A stretch of DNA of 64,000 nt, taken from assembly GCA_951406725.2 (NCBI GenBank), contig OX597826.1, forward strand, positions 43,586,001 to 43,650,000, read 5' to 3'. The DNA is from Octopus vulgaris. Taxonomy: Eukaryota. The notes below the pieces were generated by a model that was not told the DNA's origin, did not search any database, and saw nothing but the letters and a program-made list of their open reading frames with translations. Shown piece after piece: positions 27,126-40,994 of this stretch (its first letter is position 1; each line of letters starts with the position of its first letter). A program made the position numbers and the translations under genes.

Positions 27126-27501
27126 AATAACATGGCGACGGGGAACCAGCGCTTACATGGTCGTCATGATTACGCTAATGTCGACAAGAAATAATGAGCT
27201 GTAATACCATGAAGCAACAATAGCAGTGTTGATGATGTTCATAACCATATCATTGTTGATTCAATTCCCATCATCATCATCAACACACACATGCACACAC
27301 ACATACCACACCACACCACTACCAATAACAGCAATTACCTTCTTATATACTCATTTAACACATAATTTTCTCGCTACAACATGGCTGCTTTACAGCCTGA
27401 GACTCTCCTTGCAATATGGATTACGTTTAGTGAAGAGTGTTGTCATCGTAGAATGTACGAATTGTAGGCTTTTTCCCCACTGTGTGTATGTGTGTGTGTG
27501 A

Positions 27502-27539
<38 letters not shown>

Positions 27540-27906
27540 ATGTGTTTCTGTATTAATTAGGCGATGTTTATTTTGCGTCGATTTTTCGGGAATTATTCCT
27601 TATTGTTTTCTGTTTGTATTATATTAATTAATGTTCTGTGATGTAGTTCCTGTAATATACAGTCAAACATATTTACTCTGCGTTGTTAATGTGTGGTGGT
27701 GGTGGTGCTGTGTGTATGTACACAGACAGACACACAAACACACACACACTCACTCACACAGACACAGACAGCCAAAGACATACACATACGCACTGACACA
27801 CACACAAACACAATCATATGTGACATAGTTCTGTATACTATACTGTTTATCATTTATATTATACTGAAAAATATTATCTGCTCATCTCTGTGACATATGG
27901 TATCTT

Positions 27907-27938
<32 letters not shown>

Positions 27939-27940
<2 letters not shown>

Positions 27941-27985
27941 CAAATAAGTAACAAGGATGTCCGACATCCTCGTTACTTATTTGCT
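27939..27985. repeat. 47-bp near-perfect palindrome
   Basis: AGCAAATAAGTAACAAGGATGTC-C-GACATCCTCGTTACTTATTTGCT, 22/23 complementary. Confidence 0.92.
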
Positions 27986-28082
27986 TTTTATTCACCTAAC
28001 TTCGAGGTGCGCGGATTTTACCGAACATACTTGATGCCTCAATTTAAGTACATAATTCTTCTGAATCTCAATTACACACACA

Positions 28083-28172
<90 letters not shown>

Positions 28173-28214
28173 GAAGCATGTGTACATCTCTATCTCCCTC
28201 CCCCTCTCTCTCTC

Positions 28215-28253
<39 letters not shown>

Positions 28254-29175
28254 CATACACACATATTGAGTGTTCATGGACAGAGAGGTGTGTAGTATTC
28301 CTTTTACGTTTCGTCATTCTACTTAGTTGAAAATGGGTACAACTGCGTACTGGTGCAGACATCTCGTTCATTTCCGCCGTCATATCCTTGTCGTTCCGTA
28401 GCACCAAGTTTTGGGAGAGCCGAGAGAGAGAGAGAGGGAGAGAAAGAGAGAGACAGAGAGACAGAGAGACAGAGGCAGAGAGAGAGAGAGAGAGTCCATA
28501 GCTGCGTGCGACCATATAGGCACTTTTAACAATTTACGAAAGCATATTATAATCTACTGTATCATATTCGCTTGTGAGTGATGGCTAAACTTTTATACCG
28601 TAATCTATGCTGTTTTCAAGTTTACTATACTGTTCTGTTATATGTAAATTTCGAATGAACTGAACAGTAAATGTTTTCGTTGATATTTTTTTTTTGTTTG
28701 TTGAATACAGCAATAGGAGAAGTGAAGTCGACACATATAGGGAAGTGGTAAAATGACAATTAAAACACATCTCAGTGCTTTTGACATATCTGCAGTTATT
28801 CGATTACATCGCCCAAGGTTGCTGTTTTCTTCACCTGACAGCTTCAAGTACATCTGAAAATGAGAACTGTAGTAAAGTTATACGAAGCAGAAAGGTTTGC
28901 TTCCTTGAGCTATGATTTATATCAAAATAACATGCCCGTTGCGTAAATGATTTACATGTTAACTTTATTATGTTTTGAATCCTGACACAACTTTGAAAAA
29001 CCTTTTGAAAAAAATGTTCAATGCAACAAGTTTTATCGAGGTTCTTAGATGTACTCCTTGATTTTTTTCAGAACTTCACTGCTTCAAATAAGATCAATGC
29101 GTAGGCCTGCTGGTGAGAGGATCGTTTTGTCATAAGAAATATGTATGTGTGCAAAGAGCCACCTATATTCACTCA

Positions 29176-29280
<105 letters not shown>

Positions 29281-29606
29281 ATACATCGAAGTTTCTGACT
29301 ATATGCGTATCTCATATATGTGTGTGCGTGTGTTTGCGTGTATGTAAGATGCTGTTGGTCGAGTGTATAGGATGTTAGACGGCCTGGCCTTTCCTTGCAT
29401 ACGTGAAAATAATTGCTGACTAAACCATATGCGGGTACAGATATGTGAGCCAGCTGATGCATAGAAGCGTACATCTTTCTATGTATTCACACACTTATTT
29501 GCTTGGCTTGATTGTACAACGAATATGCGTATGAATATCTCTTTGCCATCTTTCCCTCATCATGTATATATATATATATATATATATATTATAAATTATA
29601 TATATA

Positions 29607-29771
29607 GGCGCAGGAGTGGCTGTGTGGTAAGTAGCTTGTTTACCAGCCACATGGTTCCGGGTTCAGTTCCACTGCGTGGCACCTTGGGCAAGTGTCTTCT
29701 ACTATAGCCTCGGGCCGACCAATGCCTTGTGAGTGGATTTAGTAGACGGAAACTGAAAGAAGCTCGTCGTA

Positions 29772-29802
<31 letters not shown>

Positions 29803-30025
29803 GTGCGTGTGTGTGTTTGTGTGTCTGTGTTTGTCCCCCTAGCATTGCTTGACAACCGATGCTGGTGTGCTTATGTCCCCGTTACCTAGCGGTTCGGCAA
29901 AACAGACCGATAGAATAAGTACTGGGCTTACAAAAGAATAAGTCCCGGGGTCGAGTTGCTCGATTAAAGGCGGTGCTCCAGCATGGCCGCAGTCAAATGA
30001 CTGAAACAAGTAAAAGAGTAAAAGA

Positions 30026-30027
<2 letters not shown>
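29607..30027 (+). mobile_element. SINE family A, full length
   Basis: GGCGCAGGAGTGGCTGTGTGGTAAG head through (GTAAAAGA)n tail. Confidence 0.93.
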
Positions 30028-30085
<58 letters not shown>

Positions 30086-30134
30086 ATATTTCGGAATGGT
30101 CATATTGCCAGTTTAGCACAACAAATATTTAAAC

Positions 30135-30199
<65 letters not shown>

Positions 30200-30887
30200 C
30201 ATACCATTTTTCGTAATTATTTGAATTATTCCTATGAAGAAGGTGCTAACATAGAAACGAAGCTCTGTTGCCGGAATTTCTAAAGATGCCAAAGACTTAT
30301 ATGTAAAAATCTAGATAATCCTCCATATTTTTCTTAGTTTTGCTTCCAGCTTGTATCTGCAAAATACGTATAAAGCTGGTCACTTTCTTTCTTTGACAAT
30401 ATCAGTTTCTCGAGATTACATCTTAGACATTAACAAATGCATAAAAAGTTATGACGTTCAGTATTTATTTTCATATGTATGTATTATGTCTGTATGTATG
30501 TTTACATGTATGAATGTATGTACGGATAGGTGGATTGGTGGAAGGATGGATGTGTGTATGTATGCGGTCATTCATGTCTTTTTTCTCAGAGATTCATACA
30601 AGCAGTCTAATGTAGAATTCAGGACTGTTCCTAACAGAGTGACAAAACACTTCCATGTTTTGTGGGTGTATGAGAGGAAATTAATGTAAGAATCGCTATT
30701 GATTCACCAGAACCAAACGATAACTTACAGGACTTAATACGTGGGTAGGGAATATTTTAATACATTATAACTGAGTCCGCTTTCCAATACTCAGAGTAAC
30801 TTGTTTCCAATCATCAGCTGGTAAACCGAGCCTGGTTTTCTTTAGGAATATTCACTGTCGAGTCACTCATATATATATATATATATA

Positions 30888-31166
30888 TCATCATCATCAT
30901 TGTTCGACCGTGGTCGAGACAATATAATTTACCATGCTACGCCAGACTTCATGGTCCATCATAGCATTACGGAGGTCCTGTTGCTGGATGCCTGTATCCC
31001 TGGAGATTACATCAGGGTAGGAGAGTGTGCGCGGTCTGGTATTGCGAGTAGATGGCTTCCAGAGGAGAAGAGTAGAAATTGCCTCGTTTTCAGCTCTACC
31101 TTTCACAAGAGATGACAGAGGTGGTAGTTTCCTATATATTTGCATTTTGGTTGGATGACGCTTACA

Positions 31167-31170
<4 letters not shown>
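30888..31170 (-). mobile_element. RTE-like LINE 3' end with (ATG)n tail
   Basis: ORF LPPLSSLVKGR/AENEAISTLLLWKP...YPDVISRDTG...DLRNAMMD.EVWR, followed by TGA-type trinucleotide tail. Confidence 0.8.
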
Positions 31171-31230
<60 letters not shown>

Positions 31231-31369
31231 TATCATATATATAAGATAAAACTTACTTGGAAATGGATGCGTGGCGTTCAATCATATATTAATATAAATA
31301 ATATATATATATATATATATGCATATATACATACGTATATGCACATACTTACATATATACGTATATACA

Positions 31370-31990
31370 TATGCATATGTGGGCACAAGACTTCACAGAA
31401 AGCAAACAACAAAAACCATGAAAATATGGAATACGAAATACGAATACATGAAATATGAATTTTTTTTTTGCAAACAACGAAGGAAATAAAAGGAAAATAA
31501 GACACGCAACATAAATAATGACGCTTCATCAGTTGTTGGCTGTTTTTCTAATCCGTATTTTGAGCATTTCACGACAAGGTATGCCTTCTATAAAACAGTT
31601 GCTCCCACAAAGCAAATTAGATAAAATTTGGGATTTTGTGGAGGGTCAAAACAGGACAGTGAAAACAAACAGGAAGGGCTGCTAAGCTTAAACGAAATGA
31701 TAGCGACCGCGAAGAAGCAATCTTGGAAAGGAGACAGACAAAAATACGTCTGATTCGTTCAACGGTATCTGGAGGAAAGAAAGAAATACAAGTTAGGGAA
31801 AGAAAGAAAGATGGCCGATAGTCAAGTGTGAGCCACGAAAGCGCAAAGGAGGAAGAGTGAGGGAGAGAAGTGACAGACAGAGAACGGCGCAGGGGAGAGA
31901 AAAATATTAGAGAAAGAATAAGAGAGAAAAAAACGAGAGGGGGGAAGGGGGGATAAAAAGAATTATAGAGAAGAGAGAAAACGAAATATA
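31370..31990 (-). mobile_element. Probable Penelope-like terminal-repeat fragment
   Basis: Minus-strand AACAGCCAACAACTGATGAAG motif within a pyrimidine-rich tract; assignment is inference. Confidence 0.35.
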
Positions 31991-32009
31991 TACATACATA
32001 CATACATAC

Positions 32010-32325
32010 ATGAATGATCATGGGATTGCACCTAGAAAGTTCCCCTCCGAGGCACAAGCCCGGGCAAGGTTGTTTATGTAAGACCAGCAGTCACCCATGC
32101 GTACCAGCCTCTCCTCTTCACGCCAACGATGTTATCCAAGGGAAATGCAAAGGCCGATACAGCTCGGCACCAGTGACGTGTCTCATCTCTACAGCTGAGT
32201 GAACTGGAGCAACGTGAAATAAAGTGCCTGGCTCAAGAACACAACACATAACCCGGTCTGGAAATGGAACTCACAATCTCACGATCGTAAGCTCGACGCT
32301 CCAACCACTGAGCCATGCGTCTTCC
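32010..32325 (-). mobile_element. SINE family C variant
   Basis: CAGCTGAGTGAACTGGAGCAACGTGAAAT...CCAACCACTGAGCCATGCG. Confidence 0.8.
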
Positions 32326-32709
32326 CCCCCCCCACACACACACATACACATATTATACACGAAGTTTGTTTTCCTGCCATTTGATTAAAAAGATAAAAAT
32401 TACAAATAAAATACTTGTTTCCTCCTTTACGAAAAAAAGAAACAAAACAAAATGAAATTGAAAACGTCAACACTTCAAAAAGTCGTTGCAGTTAGCCGTC
32501 GTCCGTCATTTGTCCTTACTTTCTTTTTTGTTCCTTTAATCATATATACAACTTTCGAGTACTGTGGATTGAAAGATAGAAATTCTCCCTATATTTTTAT
32601 GAGATATTTTTTGAATCACAGGTACTTGATTTTTTTAAAGGGGAAAATTACCGTTTTATTCAAAATGAAATATTCATCTTTATCATCTTAATGAAAATGT
32701 TGAAAGCAG

Positions 32710-33391
32710 ACAGAGAGACTATTTCTTTATAGAGGAAAATCAGTCGCAATGAGAGGAGTTGAATCTCATAAGAATGGAAAAACAAACAACAACAAACTAT
32801 TTGTAACTTATAACGAAACTCTTTTAAGAGCATTCAAATGCCACTGCAACGATGAAATCGTTGCCTCAATGAGGTAAATTAAGTACGTCATCAAGTATCA
32901 AAAATGATAACGAAATTAGTCAATATCTAATAGGTAGCTATATTGGAGTATCCGAAACAGTTGCATCCATTTTAGGATTTTCAATTCACGAAAGAGTACC
33001 TGCAATAGTGAGATTGCAAGTTCATCTACTAGATGAACAAAGAATATTACTCAGAAATAATGAGGATATATATAGCTGTCAATGAATGACATATGAGAAC
33101 AACATTGATAGGATTTTTTTCATTGTGCATCAATGGAAATATTTTTACTTAAAGCTGAAACACCCATGTATTTCACTTGGAACAATAGTAAAAAAAGAAT
33201 AGCAAAGCAGAAAGGGAGGAAAAAAGTTGAAGGCCATTTGAATATTTTCAAAGAAGAAACACTTGGTCGCGTTATGTTGCCACACCAAAGGTAGAAGAAC
33301 TGTATTATTTAAGAATTTAATGGCATGAAGTTCGAAATATTATTTTCTCCTTTCTCGCCGAGTGGTTGTGACCCAACGGGTCACTGTGAGT
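32710..33391 (+). mobile_element. Helitron relic: Rep domain C-terminal region joined to a 3'-terminal hairpin
   Basis: VTYNETLLRAFKCHCNDEI..IKYVIKY; NEISQYLIGSYIGVSE..ILGFSIHERVPAIVRLQVHL; YFTWN; LGRV; YYLRI; hairpin GTGACCC-AAC-GGGTCAC at 33368-33384. Confidence 0.88.
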
Positions 33392-34144
33392 ACATGTAGT
33401 ATATATATATATATATATATACATATATGATAGGTATGAAAAGACTTGCAATCCTGCGATGTTTGTACATGTCTTTTTAGAACGCGAATTTGAGTGAACA
33501 ATTTTTATTTATAAATGCGTGCACATGCCACATGCACACACGTGATCAAAAGCATATTTTAATTCCCGGTAAATCATTAAATCATTTGAAGAACCTTTGA
33601 AATGTTTTACTTATCTTTCCATCTATACTCAATCATTTGGATTTGGAAGGTACAACTCAATATAATTCGTTTCCAGGTATTTATGCGAATGAGTTGTTAC
33701 ATAGACCGGTGAATTTCTGATTGGAGGCATCAATGAGAACCTATATCATGTGCTTTAGCCCCAGTATGAGTTCATTGTAGATGTTCACATTTTCCACAAA
33801 TTTTAGGATGAGGCATTGATATCCGCTGCATATCAGGCCCCTTCAAGAGCGTATGACCGTTGCCTTTGCATCGGTTTGCGAGTTCTGTTGGAATGATCCA
33901 CCAGTATTCTCTGCTTTTAAAGTAGTAAAATACAGTCAGATTTTCGTGTGCATTTTGTATGACCGTTCGAGTAGTACTTAAAATGTTATAATTGTAAGTA
34001 ATGTCGAATGTAAGGAGTTGACTCTTAAATACACGAAGTTATGTCGTTAGTAAATGGATTTAAAGAAATGAAAATAAATTCACATGTTCAACTTAAAGAT
34101 CTTGCATAGCTTTGTCTGTTTCGCTTACATATTCTTGTATGTAT

Positions 34145-34540
34145 GTCATTATTCAAGTTTATTTCAAGATATCTTGCCAATAGAGAAAGAACCGGTTTCT
34201 AACCTAGATTCAAGTCTCCTTCATTGGAATTTCAACAACATCAACAGGGTATTTGTGTTTGTGTGAATAAATGCGGATTTGTAGGATTTGTTTAATATAT
34301 TCTCATGCATATAGTTGCATGTCTAGACATGCTCATATATACTTAAATGATGAACTTCTGGGAAGTTTTACAGACTTGTACAGTTCCAGTGACAGCTTGA
34401 ATCTGTAGTCTTCGAATCAGCTTTTGTCCTTCTGGTTTTAAGAATCCTACTTTCTCAATATTGGTATTTTGGCAGTGTTACGTATCCCAGTGCCCCAATA
34501 GATACATGTATACATCTGAACTTGTAATCTGGATAGAATA
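34145..34540 (-). mobile_element. RLE-type (R4/Dong-like) non-LTR retrotransposon 3' end, copy 1
   Basis: YPDYKFR...IGALGYVT C-terminal motif plus 3' UTR; homologous to 60903-61328. Confidence 0.72.
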
Positions 34541-34544
34541 GAAT

Positions 34545-34893
34545 AGTTTCGGGTTCAGACGCGCAGCGTGGAACCATGGCCGAGTGTCTGTTACTATAGC
34601 CTCGGGTCGACAAAAGCCTTGTGAGTGGATTTAAAAGACAACAACTGAAAGAATACCGTCGTACATATCGATCTACGTATGTGTGTTCTTGTGTTTGCGT
34701 TTGTCTCCTACCACCGCTTGCGAACCGTTGTTGGTGTGTTCACGTCCCTGTAACTTAGTGTTTCGGCAAAAGAGATCAATAGAATAAGTACCAGGTTAAA
34801 AAAGAAATAACTGGGTCCGTTTCAATCAACTAAAAGTTCTTCAAAGCGATGCCACAGCATGGTCGCAGTCGGATGACTGAAACAGGTAAAAGA
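34545..34893 (+). mobile_element. SINE family A, older copy
   Basis: CGGGTTCAG...ACTATAGCCTCGGG...GACTGAAACAGGTAAAAGA. Confidence 0.8.
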
Positions 34894-35020
34894 TGTGTTT
34901 GTATGTTCGTAAGGTGGCGAGCTGGCACAATCGTTAGCACGCGGGGCAAAATACTTAGCATCGTTCCGTCTGTTTCCATGTTCTGAGTTCAAAGTCTACT
35001 CAGGTCGACTTTACTTTCTC

Positions 35021-35437
35021 AGGCGCAGGAGTGGCTGTGTGGTAAGTAGCTTGCTAACCAACCACATGGTTCCGGGTTCAGTCCCACTGCGTGGCACCTT
35101 GGGCAAGTGTCTTCTACTATAGCCTCGGGCCGACCAAAGCCTTGTGAGTGGATTTGGTAGACGGAAACTGAAAGAAGCCCGTCGTATATATATGTATATA
35201 TATGTGTGTGTGTGTGAGTTTGTGTGTCTGTGTTTGTCCCTCCAACATCGCTTAACAACCGATGGTGGTGTGTTTACGTCCCCGTAACTTAGCGTTTCGG
35301 CAAAACAGACCGATGGAATAAGTACTAGGCTTACAAAGAATAAGTCCTTGGGTCGATTTGCTCGACTAAAGGTGGTTCTCCAGCATGGCCGCAGTCAAAT
35401 GACTGAAACAAGTAAAAGAGTAAAAGAGTAAAAGAGT
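35021..35437 (+). mobile_element. SINE family A, full length, abutting a partial family B copy (34911-35020)
   Basis: Near-consensus head, body and tail. Confidence 0.93.
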
Positions 35438-36302
35438 ATGTATGTATATACGTAGGTACGGATATATATATGCATATACGTATGTATATGTGTATACATC
35501 AATATATGTATCTATGTATCAACGCACTAATGGACAGTAATTCCTAGTTGTAATACATATTTTAAAATTAGAAAATCACTACTTTTTAACAAATTTCAAA
35601 AATAGTGTCTCAGGCGACCAATTTATGAATTTTTCATTCATGAAATATTATTTAAATTTACATATAATTCCATATCGTATCATATCTTCACCATTTAACT
35701 GACAGTTACTCTTGACTAAGCCTGATTGATATGACGTTTCATATTAAAGATTCATGTGACGACGAAATGAGAAAATCTTTTGCTGCCATATTTCACTTCT
35801 TTCCTGTCCATAGACTACAGATTTGTTGTTTAATTCTATTTTTTCCCAATATTCTACATTCTAGAATCAAGATGGCCTCTTTATTTTTCGCTGCTAATAG
35901 CCTTTCTATAAATCTAAATGTACGTAGTGAGACTTCTGCCGAGTTTTGAACCATCTCCTCTGATTAGGACCAGCTAAGATTTCTCTGCAAAGACCAGCTA
36001 TGAGAAATTGATAATGTCACCATAAAAGTTATCAACATCTACGTGACCACAGTTCGACCAATATGATCAACTGGTGTGTAACCAAATAAGCAGTGGGCTT
36101 GAAAATAAGTTTTGTGAATTTTTCTACCGAAAGTTCTTGAAGCTTCGCTAAATGTTATAAAAAGGAAGCTAGGATGTTTATCTCTCAAACAAAACAGCTT
36201 CAGGTGCTTCATAGAACTATTTCCGCTAGTTTTGTGATTAGGTGTTCTCACTCTCTACTTATTCGTTATTTATTAACCATGAATAATTTTATATATCTAG
36301 AA

Positions 36303-36592
36303 CAGTGCTTCTCAAACTATCTGATGTGGCGTACAGGCAGCTTTTTTCCCAATGTGCCAGGGACCGGTAATATTTCCTAGTAATATTAATTTATACCGGA
36401 AACAATATATATAATGAATATAATAAAAGTTGGCAATTTTTAAAATCTTATATTTTATTTTCTAAACAAATAATACAATATCACATAAGCATTTTATAAT
36501 GCTTCTCTCTTTTCCGGAAACTCGCCGCGTACCGGAAGCTGATGGCTCGCGGACCGGCACCAGTCTGCGGACCACCATTTTGAGTAGCACTG
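36303..36592. mobile_element. hAT (Charlie-like) MITE, 290 bp
   Basis: TIRs CAGTGCTTCTCAAA / TTTGAGTAGCACTG; perfect 8-bp TSD ATCTAGAA at 36295-36302 and 36593-36600. Confidence 0.93.
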
Positions 36593-36729
36593 ATCTAGAA
36601 TATTTTATACAATGAACATTTTTAACTCTCACTTTCCCCATTACATCATATCTATTGTTTTATGCTATTCAAACAATTGCTGTACATATGTATATGCAAA
36701 TGATACGGCCAATACTGAAAACCATATTT

Positions 36730-36938
36730 CTTTCATTTACTTCTTTCAGTCATTGGGCTGCGCCCAGTTTGGAGAACAGCTTTGAACAGCTTAGTCGAAC
36801 AAATCGAATCCAGTACATATATTTCTTTAAAGTCTTGTGTTTATTCTGTCTATTTCTTTTCTCGAACAGCTATGACATGGTGAAGTAAACAACCCCACAC
36901 CGGTTGTCAGGCGGTGGAGGATAGAAACACAAGAAAAC

Positions 36939-36986
<48 letters not shown>

Positions 36987-37110
36987 CAGGCTTCTACACA
37001 GTTTCTGTTGGCCAAATTCACCCACAAGGCATTGGTCTGCGTGGGGCTATTGTAGAAAATACCTGCTCAGTGTTCCATGCAATGAGACATAACCTGAAAT
37101 CACTTGGATG
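36730..37110 (-). mobile_element. SINE family A, old diverged copy
   Basis: Family A motifs recognisable on both sides of an internal (TA)n. Confidence 0.7.
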
Positions 37111-37503
37111 CAAAGAGAGACTCAGCCATTATGGTAGCGTACATTATTATTAGTCTGATCCTTTTCACCTTTATACGTAGCCAACCTAATATTGTGCACT
37201 ACTGATAGCGATTTAATAGCCAGACTCATTAATATGGTGACCCACTAAACACATTTTTACCTTTCTAATTTTGTTTTAGATTTCTGTCTGGAGAAAAAAA
37301 AAACAGGCGAAACTACCTCTTCAACCTAACACCTAATATGTAAAGTAAGTTATCCACTATGGTAATAACTTAATTTGTGACTGCTTTTTCGACTAAAGCA
37401 ATGACTTAATATGTAAATGCTCAATCAATCACGGCTATTAGCTTAGTCTGTGACCGCTTTACATAATAACTATATCGCTTGCGTTCTCGATCGAGGATAT
37501 CGT

Positions 37504-37572
37504 GCCTATATCCTCTGACGAGGTAACAAGTGCTTTGCAAATTTTCTTGACACATCTTCAGTGGATATAGGC
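37504..37572. other. 69-nt hairpin
   Basis: 27-bp arms, 22/27 complementary, 15-nt loop. Confidence 0.75.
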
Positions 37573-37905
37573 CATCAGGAGTCTCTCAATTTTTTCCTTA
37601 GTATAGAAAACATACAATAACGTGGAAACGTGCTTACATTCTTAAAACGTTTTCTCACAGCTAAAGTTCTTCTGATTTCTTTCAGTTGTTCTGATTCACG
37701 GCGTTGTGTGCAAAACATTATATAAACTATATCTATAAAACTGTCCTACCCTCTCTCTACGCTGTCTCTACCCTTTTTCTAACCTCATTCTACCTCTCTG
37801 TCCTATACATATATATATATTTACGTAGATACAAATACACAAACACACATATATACATATGTATATCAATGCATATATATATTTATATATATATATATAT
37901 ATATA

Positions 37906-37954
<49 letters not shown>

Positions 37955-38237
37955 ATGTGTGTATATATACATATATACTGTATGTACATATGTGTGTTGT
38001 GTATGTTAGCATAAACATGCACACGGAGATGCTTATATAGATATATAGATAGATATATACGTATATAAATGCATATATATATAGACATGTGTATACATCT
38101 CAAATTTTACGTAGACAGACAATGAGCAAATTGTCTATCCGTATACATACGTACACACACACAGACGCGCGCTTGCACACACACACACACACACATGTAT
38201 ATATCTGTGTGTGCTTGTGTGTGTATATATATGCATG

Positions 38238-38271
<34 letters not shown>

Positions 38272-38363
38272 TATATACATATATATACATATATATACAC
38301 ATATATACACACATATATATATATATACATATATATACATATATATGTATATACATAGATATA

Positions 38364-38464
<101 letters not shown>

Positions 38465-39009
38465 GTATGTATACTTATATAGTTTAAACTTGATGTAAAA
38501 TTTATGTGAAGGATTCATTAAAATTGCCAGAAAAATAATGTTTATAGCGATAATAATAAAAAGAAACCCCCAACGGACAACGCACAGCCGAAACGTTCTA
38601 CAACGGCACCAGATGTTTGTATAAGTAATGTTGACAATAAAAGAAATCTACTTTAGTTATTGCAGGCCGTTGCAATATGGCGGCATATAGTGAGAGCTAA
38701 CGGACGGTATTAAAATTAGCTGTGATTTAATGTGTAAATATCAATAAAAATAAACTGTCGAACATGTTGGTGATAAACAGGAAAACATAGACATTTTAAC
38801 GAACGTTTACAAAAACATTTGTGTAGTTTTTAGTGTTAGGAAATATATATATATATATATATAGGTTATACTGTGTTGTGCGATGTAATGTTATGTTAAG
38901 CTATGTATGTATGTATGTATGTATGTATGTATGTATGTATGTATGTATGTATATAGATATGTATATCTGCATGCGTGTATGCTTGCAGGTGTGCATGTAT
39001 TCATATATG

Positions 39010-39048
<39 letters not shown>

Positions 39049-39073
39049 CTCGATATATATATATATATGGACA

Positions 39074-39121
<48 letters not shown>

Positions 39122-39130
39122 TATATATAA

Positions 39131-39176
<46 letters not shown>

Positions 39177-40417
39177 GTATACATATATATGCATATATAT
39201 AAGTATATATGTATATATATATTTGTACATACACAAGCATATATACCTATGTATATAACATACGAAAGCAGTTTTAGTTGATGTAGGGGTAGTTACTCAC
39301 AAATGCAGTAACATACGCACACCATCACGTGCACATACACACTTACATATAAATACAAATACACATATAAATTTACACATGGCTACACATACACATATGC
39401 ATATTCATATATATGTGTGTATGTATATATGTGTATATCTTTGAGTATGTGTGTGTGTATGTTTATGTATAAGCATCTGCTTCTACACATGCCGCCAGAA
39501 AAAAAAGGTGAGCTTAAATATGTGATTAGAGTAACATTTATATATTTGGAGAATTGGAAAATTCAATATATTGTAGAAACTGACAGTTTCGTCTATTAAT
39601 TCATCAGACAGCGGAATATCTTCTGAGGTTTTGGCTACATATGTAGAAAATAAATTTACTTCTGGGTTGCTTTATTAGTGAAGAATGCTTGCTGGATGCT
39701 GGTTATATGAACGTTGGGATTTTCTTTTGTTTAATTCAAAAGATACTATGGATTCGTGTGCGGGTATTTCATTGTCTAAGTCTAAATGTTTACATATATG
39801 TGTGTGTGTGGAACTGCCTTTGGTGATACACAAATATTTGGATATTCAGAAGTTTATAGCTTAATCGATTCAGGCTTTGAAGCGTAAATGATTATTGGGA
39901 TGCGAACAGAGAAAATATGTAGGGATCAAATGCTATTTGATAAAGTATATAATTAAAATGTAAATTGCTCAATGTCATAGTAATGAAATTCTCTTCTGTT
40001 AATTTGTTTTCCAAGAATAATATGTTGATATTGGTGCGGATATTCGGGTGGTTGTTGTTTTGATGTAAGTGGCAGTGTTTACATAACTAGGAGGAGATAT
40101 GTGGGTACTAGGGTATTTGTATAAGGATGTCTGGATTCGAGCTGCTAAATATATTACCTTCCACTCTTTGTGTCTATATAATAATAGTCGATAAAAATAC
40201 TGGTTGATTTGTTGTTTTCTCCAGTCATATAAAGAGAAGTGGGGAAGAAAGCAAAAGAGAGATAGAGATCGAGTTTACATGAGTGGTGCAGGATGAGTGT
40301 CTTAGAATTTTCTGAAAAATACACTCTTTGTCTATGAAATTCTGCAGAGTTATGTTTCCAATGAAATAGTTAGTGATTATATTGATATAAGTTAGAAAAA
40401 AATAACAAATATTTATT

Positions 40418-40994
40418 TATCGCTTTATTGCCCACAAGGGGCTAAACATAGACGGGACAAACAAGGACAGACAAGGGGATTAAGTCGATTACATCGACCT
40501 CAGTGCGACCCCGAAAGGATGAAAGGCAAAGTCGACCTCGGCGGAATTTGAACTCAGAACGTAACGGCAGACGAAATACCTATTTGTTTACTACCCATAA
40601 GGGGCTAAACACAGAGAGGACAAACAAGGACAGACACACGGATTAATTCGATTATATCACCCCAGTGTGTAACTGGCACTTATTTAATCGACCCCGAAAG
40701 GATGAAAGACAAGGTCAACCTCGGCGGAATTTGAACTCAGAACGTAACGGCAGACGAAATGCCTATTTCTTTACTACCCACAAGGGGCTAAACACAGAGA
40801 GGACAAACAAGGACAGACAAACGGATTAAGTCGATTACATCACCCCAGTGTGTAACTGATACTTATCTAATCAACCCCGAAAGGATGAAAGGCAAAGTCG
40901 ACCTCGGCGGAATTTGAACTCAGAACGTAACGGCAGACAAAATACTGCTAAGTATTTCGCCCGGCGTGCTAACGTTTCTGCCAGCTCGCCGCCT
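40418..40994 (-). mobile_element. SINE family B trimer with 15-bp TSD
   Basis: Three ~182-bp bodies and one head; TAACAAATATTTATT at 40403-40417 and 40995-41009. Confidence 0.93.

Noticed and set aside
39610-40350. Penelope GIY-YIG coding relic upstream of the decayed hammerhead
   Set aside because: Too degenerate to read convincing motifs by eye; needs a profile search
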